Shown here: positions 1-11,440 of the stretch, piece by piece
Layout: every line of letters begins with the position of its first letter
Numbering within the stretch: position 1 is the first letter of the stretch
Made by a program: the position numbers and the translations under genes
Notes under the pieces: model-generated
Told to the model about the DNA's origin: nothing
Database searches by the model: none
What the model saw: only the letters and a program-made list of their open reading frames with translations
NCBI GenBank assembly: GCA_002269645.1
Contig: NIVC01003724.1
Coordinates: forward strand, 1-64,000
Direction of reading: 5' to 3'
Length of the DNA stretch: 64,000 nt
DNA from: Macrostomum lignano
Taxonomy: Eukaryota

Positions 1-230
1 CCCTAAGGCCTCATCCAACATTGGCATAGATTTTTAATTAAAGTGTAATGCTTAGGCCCTAGTTCATTATTTATATTGTCATTGACTCTAAAATATAATC
101 ATTGACCCTCATATAATAATATTATTTATTAGACTTGGTAACTGTTATTAGAAGAGTGTACCTATTATTAAAGTAATAAAAGTACAAAACTAAAAAATAC
201 CTGAAAAGTTATTATAACCAAAATGCTCAC

Positions 231-507
231 CTGCTGGTTTCATTGTAAATGCAGCAGTCAGTTGAAAGACATCAACCAAAAGAAAATAATACGTCAAATA
301 ATGATTTTAAATCAATTTGCACGATCCAGGGGTCAAATCAGGCAAGATAAGAATCAAGGGCATTAGATAATACGCACGTCACCATGACACTAAAAAAAAT
401 AAAATAGTTTACCTGTTTAAATCCGTCGCGAAAGTAAATAATATCTATAACGACATAACTAAACGTAACTAATTCCAACCCGGATTTTTTTACCTTTGGA
501 GACGGAT
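231..507 (-). other. Possible 5' small exons of a minus-strand gene continuing beyond the window start
   Basis: Three minus-strand donors (AAG|GTAAAA after 494, CAG|GTAAAC after 413, CAG|GTGAGC after 231) with TAG acceptors define candidate exons 494-507 and 413-444; ATG AAA CCA GCA G precedes the last donor. No homology recognised. Confidence 0.25.
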
Positions 508-1791
508 CTACAAAAGTTTAATGTTTAAATATTTCTTTGCTTTCAACGTAATATAGTATTTAACGTTTGCTTTTTGCTTTTAAATTGAAATGAATAGTAT
601 CAAACATAAAACACGAGTTTTCACTTTTTAAATTGCGGTTTAACAGCTGCTGCTTTGCATTTCTTTTACTCTAACACAGGATACATTTCCTATGTGTCAC
701 TCCAGCACTCAATAACGTAATTTTTGACTTGGATCAGTCTTAATTTGTGACTTGTAAAATCTATGAAACACTCCAGGTCTCAGCTCGAAAACCCCGAGGT
801 TAGGGCAACAGATACTAGCTGCTGCTCATGCTAATTGTTAATGCTTGAGAGTAGAATTAGCTTCAGTCTATAATGGTCTTGACCCGGGATTTCGCGCTGC
901 GGATGGAGTGTGCACTCATCTAGATATAGAATATGTGATTCAAATAGACTATGAAATCCCATGCGGTAATACAAATCAAAACAAAGTTGAAAGGGTTAAA
1001 ACGAAGAATATTGAAACCTATATTTTCATAAGCACAATTATTGACAGCAGGAAATGGTTTTGTATATTTTCAAGCCTAAAAAAGTTACAAAATCGCCTCC
1101 ACAGTAATGCTACCCAGTGCACTTTCAAGATGTGTTGTTGCATCCTCGGCCCCTCTGTGCAGCTGGAAAGGTGGATTGTCGAGTTCCAGTCTTTCTGGGC
1201 CAGTGTTCCAGTCATTTTTTTAAGAACTGATTCTCGATGCTGTCAAAACCACTACAATGATACCATCGCAGAGCAGTGATATATCGTGATAGATGGCCGG
1301 CCGGTTCCATTAAGTAGCGAGAATTCCACACAGTTCGAGGGAAAATGGCACATCATAACCAGTTAAGAAGACGCATGCATATTCTTGTCTGAAGGCAGCC
1401 ATTGAGCTACTTGTTTAATTAATTTATCATTATTTAGTGGTGTATCGAAGCATGAGAACTCTTAGGACGTGACTCGATGATTAGCTAATTAAGCCCTCAA
1501 AACCGACTATTGAACCCCTCACTTCATGTGCAGTGGTTGGTTTATTGAAGATATATATACGAACGTAATGTTGACATTTTTGTTGTAATACTGCTCAAAC
1601 CTTTGCCTTAATCCATCTTAAGAGTATTAGCAAAGTAAAACAGCTATAGAAAAATCTTACGAGACCATAGATATGAATGAAAGTTTGAACACTCTTTTTC
1701 CCACTAGGCATGTAAGCGTGTACGGCCGAAAGAACGACAACCCTAGTTTTTAACAGAAATCTTTGTTACGTTGTCAAGAAACCCGACAAAA

Positions 1792-3461
1792 ATGAGCAAG
1801 AAACAAAGCATAGAATCGCCGGGCTTGTTGGAGAAAACCGGTTGTCAGGTGCTTGAAGCAGCAGTCAGCAAAGATTCTAAACCAACTGGAGGCAGAGAGC
1901 GGGTCATCTATTTCTCATTCCTCATCCAGTCGCCTCTCCGCGAGCTATTCACCAATCCCAAGGAGGACAAGCGAATCCTGAAGATCGAAATCACCTGTCA
2001 CTGCCTGTTTCGGCTATCTGGCGAGTTCACCAGCGTGCCGCAGTTCCAACTGGTCGAGGCCTATTTAGATGACCGATTTGGCAACTTCGAGGGCTGTGTG
2101 CACATGCTCGAGGCCGTCTTCAAGGGTGTCGGCTGCAGTTTTATTCTTTACCGTACCATCAACATGAGCGTACACCCGAACGGCAGCTGCGACTACAGCT
2201 ACCACTGCAACAACATTGACCGGAACTTCTACCAGGATGCGCGACCCTCTGACCATCGCGATGGTGCGAACGAAGTCGAAGAGGCTTCGTCCAGTTGCCT
2301 TCAGAGAGCCTTGCTGGCAAAGACTGGCGCACCTGAACAGTTCGATTCGAATTTTAGTAGCTTCTCGGTGACAAACTCCACGGTTAGCCGGCTGTTCAAG
2401 GAGCTCGAAAGAGACATTCCCAAGGGGTGGAGCGGCGACGCCTCCGTGGCGCCGTCTCGCAAGAGCCTTGAAGACTTTTTAGGCATGGAACTCGCCGTCC
2501 AGCAGCTGGAAGTCATCACCAGCAGTAATTACGAATTCGTCATCGAGGAGATGTTCTTCGAGGCTCTCATTGGTGAGATGAGGTCTGAGATGTTGCACTG
2601 CGTACTTTATCAGATACGCGTCGATTTGGTGGAGGCCGTCCTTCTAGAGAGTGTTACGGGCAGCTGCTTAGTGAGTCAATCTGCCTCTCAGCTTGTCACC
2701 AGCCTCTTGGAGCCAGCGGTACTGGTTGATCAAACCTGTGCCGACTGTCTCGGTGACAACTGCACGGTCGTGTACAGCAGCGCAGCCCTCTCTGCACAGG
2801 GCTGCGCCAACAACAACAGCACCTGCTGCGACTTCGAATACGACAGTGATGACAACGGTATCGAGCCAGTGCAAGAGGAGGGCGACAGCATCGCGGACGT
2901 CTCAGAGTCGCTGATTGACGAGCGCTGGTCGGAGAGCGGCGGCCAACTCGCGAAGCCGCCGACGGTGCGTCGCTTTGCGCCAGCAGCAGGCAAGCAGCAG
3001 AGCACGATGACGCCTGCGCTTCGATTGGAGCAGATTTTCTACGATTGGTGCGACTTAACAGTCCAGGAGGCCTGCTTAGAAACGTTTGTTGAGCTGGTCT
3101 CCCAGCGCCTGGTGGTTGCTATGTACAAAACCAGCCGATCCAAGTCGCAATTCGAGTGTCGCATTGTGAAGACATTCGCCAGATTTGGCAGAGCCTTCAG
3201 CGAACTGTCATCAGCTGCCACTGAGCCCGGGCTTGCCGATGTGATCACCGGCTTCTTTGCTTGCGTAGCTGACACGTTAAATGATCCGGACGCTCGGGAT
3301 TGCCTCGGACAGACGTCCGACCTGGTGATGGCCGTCCGGGCTTCCGCAGCTAAAGAGGAAGATGAGGAAAGCGTCAGCCGAGTCGACGATGGCAGCAGCG
3401 GCTGTCGAGGCGGTTGGCAGTGGCTGCGAATTGCACAGAGGGCTTTCCAGCAAGCAATCAG
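1792..3461 (+). CDS. Uncharacterised protein, probable first coding exon
   Basis: 564-codon open frame 1771-3465 with GC-rich coding-like composition; first ATG at 1792 after acceptor-like ttttaacag (1756); AG|GTAAAT donor at 3461/3462 just before the TAA. Confidence 0.65.
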
Positions 3462-3699
3462 GTAAATCACAAGTTTTCTGGCAGTCAGTCTTAACCTGGG
3501 TAGATTTCCCAGCCCTAAGTTTATCTAGTTTAAAATTGAATGCACAGTTATCAAAGTTTTGAAGTACATCTTATAACCCTGTAGAGAAAAGTGTTTCTAT
3601 CAATTGAGTTTCTTGAGATTGCAAAACGGCATCCTTGGACTGTTGCCGACCGCTGCAAATAGCGTTAAATTCTGAGGACGACCATCGCTTCTGTTTCAG

Positions 3700-3767
3700 A
3701 GACCAGCTCTCCCGCCTGGGGCCCAAGCTGCAGCGCAAAGGGCGTCACCGACGCTCAAACAACTCAA

Positions 3768-3798
<31 letters not shown>

Positions 3799-5532
3799 AG
3801 TAGCTTTGGGCGCAGACTGGCCGAACTGTTCGACCACTCAAGCAGCGGCGATGCCTCGTCCACCACGGTTACTACAGGCGACAGTTTTCTGCAGCAGTCG
3901 ACGCCAGCCGAACGAGAGGAGCAGGAGACGCCAACCAAAAGGCCGGAGCGTTTGAGCTGCAATCTTCGACTCTGCGTTGAGGCGCCCGCTGCAACCAGCC
4001 AGGAGCCGGAAGACGCTACGGCGCCATTGTTGAGTTTGACAGACCTTTGTGTGGATTCGAATTTACTTGACACACAAAACTGTCGCGATTTCTTATCCGC
4101 TGCTGCAGTTTCGGCGGTGGTCCCGGATGGCGGTGCAATCACGGGCGCCTGGATGACTGCAGCAATTTCCAAGTGTCAGACATGCTCCGAGCGGACAGAG
4201 CTTCTATCCTGTCTGGCAACAGAGCCGCTCAGAGACGGTCACGCCAGCTGGATGTCCGTCGAGCTAATCGTTGCAGACGCCGCCGTTGCAGTGGTCTTCA
4301 AAGCCGGGCCAATCCACTTTGCCTGCGCGTCCTTCGCCTCCGCTGCCAGCTGCACTGCCGCGCTTTCTGTTGCACTGCCCGACCTGGCGACGAATCTACT
4401 TGCAGAGTTCCGCCCAGCGCCACTGGTTGCCAGGGCTGTGAGTCCGAGGGCCTGTGTTCATCGAGCTCGATCGACCTGGCTGGCGGCGTCTCACTGCTGT
4501 CTCCAACTGCTCGACGCCAAATCACAGCTACCAGTACTGTCGCAATCTTTGCCTACCCAGTTTGTGATTTCAAAGTGTGAAAACTCGACAGGGCTGGCAG
4601 CCTGCAACCTTCACGGCGGAGTCCGACCTTCCAGCAGTCACTGCTACCCGCTCGGTCTGCCTGACGCGGCTGAAACCTCGCCGAAACCGTCGGATGCCAG
4701 CTGCGGCTGGGGAACGGCTCGCGTTGAACTTGAGCACGCATCAATCGTTCGCCAATCTGTTCTGGAAGTGCCAGCGATCGCTGAGCAGGCTCTGCGGCAC
4801 CGGATCGGCGCAGAGTCAACCCGTGCTGCTGGGAAACAGCTTCGAGCTGTGGTCCGCGGCGAGCCGGCTTGGAAACAATTCCGGAAAGCCAGGTGCACGC
4901 AACGGTGGCCAAATTCCTTTGAACGCGCGACTATCAGCGCCGACGATTGTCCGGCTCCCGGAGGTGGCGGCGACTGGCCGGAGAGGACGGTGCACGAGTG
5001 GAGCTGGGCACGGCCGGCCACGGCCCGCCTGAACAGGCCGACTCGGGCCTCGGCGACGGAGTTGCCCGTCGGCGCGCAGAGCGTTTCAACTTCGTCCAGT
5101 CCGCCAATAAGTCTCGTTGAAAGCCTGGCCGACCCCACCATGGTTCCGAGGGACCACTCGGCGATTGAGTCCTGCATCGTGGAGGGTTCGGACTGCTCAG
5201 TGTCCGACTGCAACATTGCCTTCTGCTTGGCAGCCGACTGGTCATTAGAAAAGCGCCAGCTCGAGCTCGTCTCCAGCAAATCGTCGTCGATCTCGCAGCC
5301 GCAGACGGTGCAGTTCTGCTGCCGGTTCTCCACAGAGGATTCCGTAGATACGGACTGCTTAATCGCCACTCCAGTGGGAGATGCGCTGAGCTGTACAGCC
5401 AGTGCGCAGGTGACCATTTTCCAACGGAGCATGAATCTGCCCAAAGAGCAGCTGCTCTCCGCCGGCAGCGGCTCGCTGCTTCGTCTGGCAGTTCGTCGGA
5501 GTCAGAGCTACAACTGCATCTCGACCTATTGA
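3700..5532 (+). CDS. Uncharacterised Cys/Ser/Ala-rich protein, probable second exon of the same gene
   Basis: The frame of ORF 3952-5532 is open from 3676 (reads ...KQLK-R10-SSFGRRLAELF...); acceptor ctgtttcag at 3699; phase join to exon 1 is ambiguous. Confidence 0.55.
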
Positions 5533-5974
5533 TGAGATCCCCATGACAAGCTGCTTAAATGCCATGCATTTCCCGTGAAAGCGCTAGCGTATGTAATAAT
5601 GTTCTGATGCATGCAGATTCGACACTTTGCGATAGCTTTAGCTTTCAAGTAGCAATCTTTACTTTTTAGGGACTTTTATTATTGATAAGCTCTTTTCCCG
5701 TAGACGCACTTGTTGTGTACCATATATTCATAATCTTCATCATTTATCCAACATTACTTGAGTATATACTTCCGCTAAAACTGGATAGGTAGTTAATAAT
5801 ATTAATTGCCTAAAATTTGCACTTAATAATATAATACATGGAGTAGAGTAGGCATGCGAAAGACGTTCGTACCTGTCATACTGAAATAATCAGAATAGGT
5901 GTGAACGCTTAAATCGATCATTTCCAAAATTATTCAAAGCTATCTATCGCATATCAACCACGTTAAATAGCCGG

Positions 5975-6192
5975 CAATATGCAGCCGCAGCTGGTCAGTC
6001 CAAGGACTGGGAGGTCGCCACACCCTCAATTGCCCCAGCTAATGCTGGCACCCATTTTACAGCTGAGTGAATTGAAGCAATGCAGAGTTGAGTGTCTTGC
6101 TCAAGGATACAAATTGTTCCGAGTGGGTCGAGACACGAACCCCCGACCTTTTAGTCGTGAGTCCGACGCTCTCACCACTAGGCTATAACGGC
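5975..6192 (-). mobile_element. tRNA-derived SINE with conserved central domain
   Basis: Minus strand: A-box TAGCCTAGTGG, tRNA-like GCGTCGGACTCACGACTAAAAGGTCGGGGGTTCG, then CCTTGAGCAAGACACTCAAC and CTCAGCTGTAAAATGGGTGCC, motifs typical of metazoan V/Meta/Deu-type SINE cores; the cloverleaf stems do not pair. Confidence 0.65.
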
Positions 6193-7052
6193 TCTTCTGT
6201 GAATCAATACATAGCTTATTTTTAGCACTTGGAATGGACTTTCGAGTATATCCCAATGGTTCGCTGCGCGTCGCCTTTAAGGTTGGCGATGCACGAGTCC
6301 TCGATGAGTGTCGTTGGTCCGTCCAAGCGACCTGTTGCGCCTGGCAGTCCATACTTGTAATTCTCTTCAGCTAAAACTCTTCTAGATTTACGATCTCTTA
6401 AGAGCATACTTGTGTGCTGTTGTGCTGTTATGCTTGGGCTTTGGCTACTCCTGCTTAGAGATTCTAATTTAATGAATTAGTGATGTATGAAGCAGTGCTC
6501 AGTCTATAAAACTCGGGAGTCTCACACACTACTTCGCATACCCATGCACTGGACATTGAGGAACTCAGTGTAAACAGGCTGCTGTAGCGCTTCCCACACA
6601 GTGGTTCCTTCACCTTTAGGAACTTAAGCCACTAATCTCTGGGAGCTAGACCCAGCCAATAGGGTAGCTAGGTCGTCCGTCAAATGGTGTTTTACCAGTG
6701 CCTTGCGGCATGGAGCTACCTGCATTTGTTAGCAAACTTATGAAACAACCCACGTCAGTATTACGAACATGTACATGTAATTCTCTATGCCATCTGAAAC
6801 CATTTTCTGTGAGACCCGATGTACGCAAAATAATAAGCAAAATAACGGACAAAAATGACCCCTAAAGGAATTTATTTAGTCTGTTTTCATCATTGGTGCT
6901 ATGCGACTTAATGTCATCGAAACCGGGCAGTTTATTAAGAAATTTTGGAACTTCTCAAACGATCAATGTTTCCTACGCAAAGCCAGGCACTTGTAGAGTT
7001 TATTATCCTAGCTGGCATTGTGAAACTGCACTAGTATTCAGCAATAATATGA

Positions 7053-7325
7053 TTAGATTTGATATTTGTGCTTCTGCGTGCAGCCATAGAACTCGCACAC
7101 AGAGGCCGCCTGATAGGGAATGAGCTGCGGTCTCAGGCCAGCTCTGGCCCGGTTGATCTCGATGCTGAGCTGCGGGACCGTCGGCTTCCTGGCCTGGCAG
7201 CCAAACACGAGCACATTGTTGACGTGGACAGATATACAGTTGTAGGTCGTTGGGTCTTCTCTGGCTAGGACAAAAATATTCGAGCCGAACTCTTTCTCCA
7301 AGCCTTGACGCAGTTCGTGAAAAAC
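7053..7325 (-). CDS. UPF0728/C10orf53-like small protein, exon 2
   Basis: Acceptor cccaaatgcag|GTT at 7326/7325, phase 0; encodes VFHELRQGLEKEF...YNCISVHVNNVLVFGC...QI-stop. Confidence 0.65.
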   Translation of the reverse strand, partial: VFHELRQGLEKEFGSNIFVLAREDPTTYNCISVHVNNVLVFGCQARKPTVPQLSIEINRARAGLRPQLIPYQAASVCEFYGCTQKHKYQI

Positions 7326-7559
7326 CTGCATTTGGGAGCATGGGAAATAATATTGATTATTACATGAGCTAACTGCAGGATTGTGTCCAACCCTGGCTGC
7401 TGAAGAAATTTTGCTCGTTCCACTGACTCCTGAGCAGGGACGTGGCCATGGTTTTTTGGGGGGGGGGAAGCCTAGACTTCTACACACGTACATGTACACG
7501 ACTAAGTTTACGTACATGTTTATACGTATACATTATTTTTAGAATTGGTGCTGTCAGTG

Positions 7560-8307
7560 CTCATTTTAGCGCCGCAGCTGCATTCATTTTAGCGCCGCAG
7601 CTGCATTCATTTTAGCGCCGCAGCTGCATTCATTTTAGCGCCGCAGCTGCATTCATTTTAGCGCCGCAGCTGCATTCATTTTAGCGCCGCAGCTGCATTC
7701 ATTTTAGCGCCGCAGCTGCATTCATTTTAGCGCCGCAGCTGCATTCATTTTAGCGCCGCAGCTGCATTCATTTTAGCGCCGCAGCTGCATTCATTTTAGC
7801 GCCGCAGCTGCATTCATTTTAGCGCCGCAGCTGCATTCATTTTAGCGCCGCAGCTGCATTCATTTTAGCGCCGCAGCTGCATTCATTTTAGCGCCGCAGC
7901 TGCATTCATTTTAGCGCCGCAGCTGCATTCATTTTAGCGCCGCAGCTGCATTCATTTTAGCGCCACAGCTGCATTCATTTTAGCGCCGCAGCTGCATTCA
8001 TTTTAGCGCCACAGGCACTCATTTTAGCGCCGTAGCTGCATTCATTTTAGCGCCACAGGCTCTCATTTTAGCCCCACAGGCACTCATTTTAGCGCCGCTG
8101 GCACTCATTTTAGCGCCGCAGGCACTCACTTTAGCGCCACAGGCACTCACTTTAGCGCCACAGGCACTCACTTTAGCGCCACAGGCATTCATTTTAGCGC
8201 CACAGGCATTCATTTTAGCGCCGCAGGCACTCATTTTAGCGCCACAGGCACTCACTTTAGCGCCACAGGCACTCATTTTAGCGCCGCAGCCACTCATTTT
8301 AGCGGCA
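7560..8307. repeat. Intronic minisatellite, 23-bp unit CATTTTAGCGCCGCAGCTGCATT changing to 21-bp CATTTTAGCGCCACAGGCACT
   Basis: Tandem units read directly; switch near 8004. Confidence 0.95.
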
Positions 8308-8418
8308 CTAAAATGAGTGAACATGAGTATTCAAGTAGTATATCTAGTAATCTCCCGCAAGCCTGCATGTAAACTTAGTGCAGAGAGTAGAGTCAGAGGT
8401 ACATGTGTACTGCTTTAC

Positions 8419-8565
8419 CTGCTCCCCATGCGTGCCGTTGGAGCACAGGCTGCCATAAGTAATGATGACTTCAACCTCAGCGGCTGCCCTGGCCGACTCA
8501 ATATTATCCAGCTCCTGGTCGTTGAGCTCCTGAACGTCGCTCTGCTCGCTATTTCTGTCGGCCAT
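8419..8565 (-). CDS. UPF0728/C10orf53-like small protein, exon 1
   Basis: ATG at 8565 (alternative in-frame ATG 8634); 49 codons ending VEVIITYGSLCSNGTHGEQ at CAG|GTAAAG donor 8419/8418, phase 0 matching exon 2. Confidence 0.65.
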
Positions 8566-8733
8566 ACTCGTCCGGACCAAGCAGCTGATGCCGAGGCCGG
8601 AGCTACAGGCGTCTGCTATGAAGTTAGTCGCCATCGGAGAGTTTCTGTGTCCAGTTTAGAAAAGCACCGTTTCTCTCTGATACTCGTAGAAATCCGCGCT
8701 TGTAGTTACTGAGGGTGAATTTTGAGTTCACCT

Positions 8734-9103
8734 CAGTTGGTCTGCTGCGCGCCGCCTTCAACATCGGCGTCGAGCGAGTCACCAACGCGGCACTCTATCG
8801 CCGCGCTGGCCTGCCACGTCCAAGTGATCTACTGCGCCGTCGGCGACTCCAGCTCGCAGGCCATCTCATCCGCGCCGAGTCGTACTGCCCACAGCCGGTG
8901 CAGGAGGTGCTGCTGCTCACGCTGCAGGCACCCTACCGGCGAGGTCAAGCGCGAACTCGGCGTTATGTCGACTGTCTGCTGGCTGACGCCGGCGCCCCGG
9001 ACACTGCCGGTGGCGCGGCCTTTGTTCGCGCCCAAGCCATGAAGCGCGCCCTGTGACGCTGACTTTTACCATCATGACAGCGTATTTTGTTGTTGTTGTG
9101 TTG
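8734..9103 (+). mobile_element. 5'-truncated RTE-like LINE 3' end
   Basis: ORF tail RRRRLQLAGHLIR resembles the RLRWAGHVxR C-terminus of RTE-type ORF2; (TTG)n tail; 13-bp TSD TTTGAGTTCACCT at 8721-8733 and 9104-9116. Confidence 0.8.
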
Positions 9104-9265
9104 TTTGAGTTCACCTGTGGACTGCTATCATGATACCCTGGACTGGAAACAGCAGATTGCTTTTTGTCTGTGGCCAAAATCCTAGCTGTTGGTATGTAAG
9201 AATAGCACTCGAAACACCGACTATTGAGCAGCATTGCATTGCAGTTCTGAGTCTCCCTTTCAGCC

Positions 9266-9430
9266 ATGGCTTAACCCCAACTCTTCCTTTTGATGCTTGG
9301 CCTACCAATAACTCCCAATGGACCCTTGGCATCTCAGCCATTGCCCCAAGAGCCACAGCATTTCAGCGATTCCCACATAAACCTTGACTTCATGGCAATT
9401 TCCACTATGAATCTTGACATCTCAGCAACT
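9266..9430. repeat. Dispersed repeat family with about 30-bp internal subrepeat (other copies near 29828, 41870, 57418)
   Basis: Shared head GGCTTAACC...CTC...TTGGCCTACCAAYAACTCCCAAT and GAGCCACAGCAT/CTTGACATCTYAGCAA subunits. Confidence 0.65.
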
Positions 9431-9742
9431 CTTGTTCACTCGTGAACTCAACTGCCGTAGTCTATTAATGAAATGAATAAAATACATTGCCCGAAATATT
9501 TGTTCATGGCAATGACCTCCGGACAATGACCGGCCATTTTCTGGAGGTAAAAAAACAAGACTGGACAACAATACCATAGGCGAAAAAAGTAACACGAAGC
9601 GTGAAATTCTTATATTTATTGAAGTCCAACAAAAATGTTCCAACAATAACACTGCTTAGTCAATTGAGTGCAAGTCTAACCTATGGTCATGTTCTCATCA
9701 CGACAGCAGGAGAAAGTCCAGAAAATACGACGGTTGAGTCCA

Positions 9743-10064
9743 TTACTCAAATTTGCAACCATTGAATGAACAGTTGTGGAAACTGTACCTGACCGACGGA
9801 TTGTCATGACTGATGCCGGTGATCTGCACGGAAGACGACACAGGTACTGGCACCGGTGAACTCTCACGCAATAGAGTCGCAACAGCTTGTGAAGAACCAT
9901 TCAAATCAAGTGCCATAGAAACAGCCTCACTGGTAGACTGCAGCGAGCGATCACGGCGCTTGGACAGGTAACGGCGAGTTGTCCTCTCAGAAACCTGACC
10001 GGTTATCGACATGATGTCAGCCAGGTTGTACCCAGCAGCCTCTAGATCAGCAATCCTGCTCACT
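9743..10064 (-). CDS. Crypton/DUF3504-type tyrosine recombinase, exon 2
   Basis: Acceptor ttctgttgtag|A at 10065/10064; reads VSRIADLEAAGYNLADIMSITGQVSERTTRRYL (catalytic Tyr region) and ends YSFHNCSFNGCKFE, resembling Crypton C-termini. Confidence 0.85.
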
Positions 10065-10135
10065 CTACAACAGAAATAAAGTATTGCATAGAAAATATGC
10101 AACTGGTTTAAAGCAATATGAAGAAAAAGGCTTAC

Positions 10136-11199
10136 CGAATGCAATGATTCGTGTACATCTTGGACAAACCGGCCTTCTCGCTCAAGTTTCGCATGAAACG
10201 CAGGAAGTAGTTCTCCCCGCGATTCTGCTTTGTTGAGAACATAGGCTGTCCATTGGAATCCGTGTTGGATAGTGGACGCGGGAACAGATGGTTGTCCTTG
10301 GTTGTTGGAGGTAGCAGTTGTAGATATCTCCTCACTTTGGCCGTGTCGTAGATCCGAGCTTGTTTGTTGTCCGGCCTGGCCTTCGCCTTCACAGGATCGG
10401 CTGACTTATTCTTCGTTGGCAGAGCAGGAAGACAGTAGTACTCCTTGCCGTCAGAATCCGTGTGCAATTCAAGCGAGTCCCTTTGTCTCAGGAACTTCAG
10501 ATGCTCCTGGCCACGCTCTCCAAAGGAGTAAAGAACATAGAACAGAAATTTAGCCTGCTCGATTTCAGCCGTAGTCCCTTCAAAGTAGCACCGCAACTTC
10601 TGCATGTCGCCTTCTTCAATTGGTTCATACTGCCTGGTGCAGCCACCATCTCGATGGAAATCACGAACCTTGACACGCAGCATCTCGTTGCAGGATTTGA
10701 ATTCCTCACCACCGATTATATCGACAGGCAGCTTCAGAACCATGCGTAGGAAACGCTGAATTCCAGCCCGGATACAGATGAGAGAGGCCGGCGAGTAGAA
10801 CGAGCCATCCTGTTTCTTCAGCTTGAAGTAGAAGTACCGAAGATATTGGTTCAATGTAGGATTGTTGACATGCTGAATGTTGCGCAGATTCTCCCCTTCC
10901 AGGAAGTCTCGAAAACGTTGGCCATGCTGGTACATCTGCTTCCGAGTATCCTCAGGCAGACTCTCGATCTCGATTCTGTCCATCTCGGAAACGTCTATCT
11001 TTTCATCTCCATCGATCATTGGCAGCCCAGTATCAGCTGGACCATTTTGGACATACTTCAGGAACGCATCGAAATCTTCGTCGTGCCGATCAACGGCAGA
11101 GGATTCCGAGAGGAAGTTCAGTTCATCCTGCGTGATGTTGCCGAGGTCCTCACACGGGAGGTTACCCCAATTAATATAATGTATTATCGGGTCGCTCAT
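10136..11199 (-). CDS. Crypton/DUF3504-type tyrosine recombinase, exon 1
   Basis: LNQYLRYFYFKLKKQDGSFYSPASLICIRAGIQRFL, FGERGQEHL and YTNHCIR motifs; CG|GTAAG donor at 10136/10135; 71-nt phase-2 intron gives a 461-aa spliced product. Confidence 0.85.
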
Positions 11200-11440
11200 G
11201 ATGGACAGAAAACTCTTGAATCAACAGGTTTGGACAGACTACTTACTGCCTGGGAATCCCTCACACAAACCCCTTCACCCCCACTGAAAGTTTTGCCATA
11301 GACATTTCAACCCTCCATTCAATCAATAGGATTGTCATTGCCATGAACTCTCCACGCCTTTTGGCTTTCGTGCCATAGACGTTTGTGCCTCCTCCTTCTG
11401 GGCCACTTCGATTCGTGCCATAGATATTTCCTGCAATGAA

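Noticed and set aside
845-1279. Stand-alone 144-aa ORF
   Set aside because: TTG start, AT-rich first half, and no recognisable motif.
6113-6192. Functional tRNA gene
   Set aside because: Acceptor, anticodon and T stems do not pair, and the sequence continues into a SINE-like body.
7053-8565. Selenoprotein
   Set aside because: No in-frame TGA or CxxU motif in the spliced model, and no SECIS recognised.
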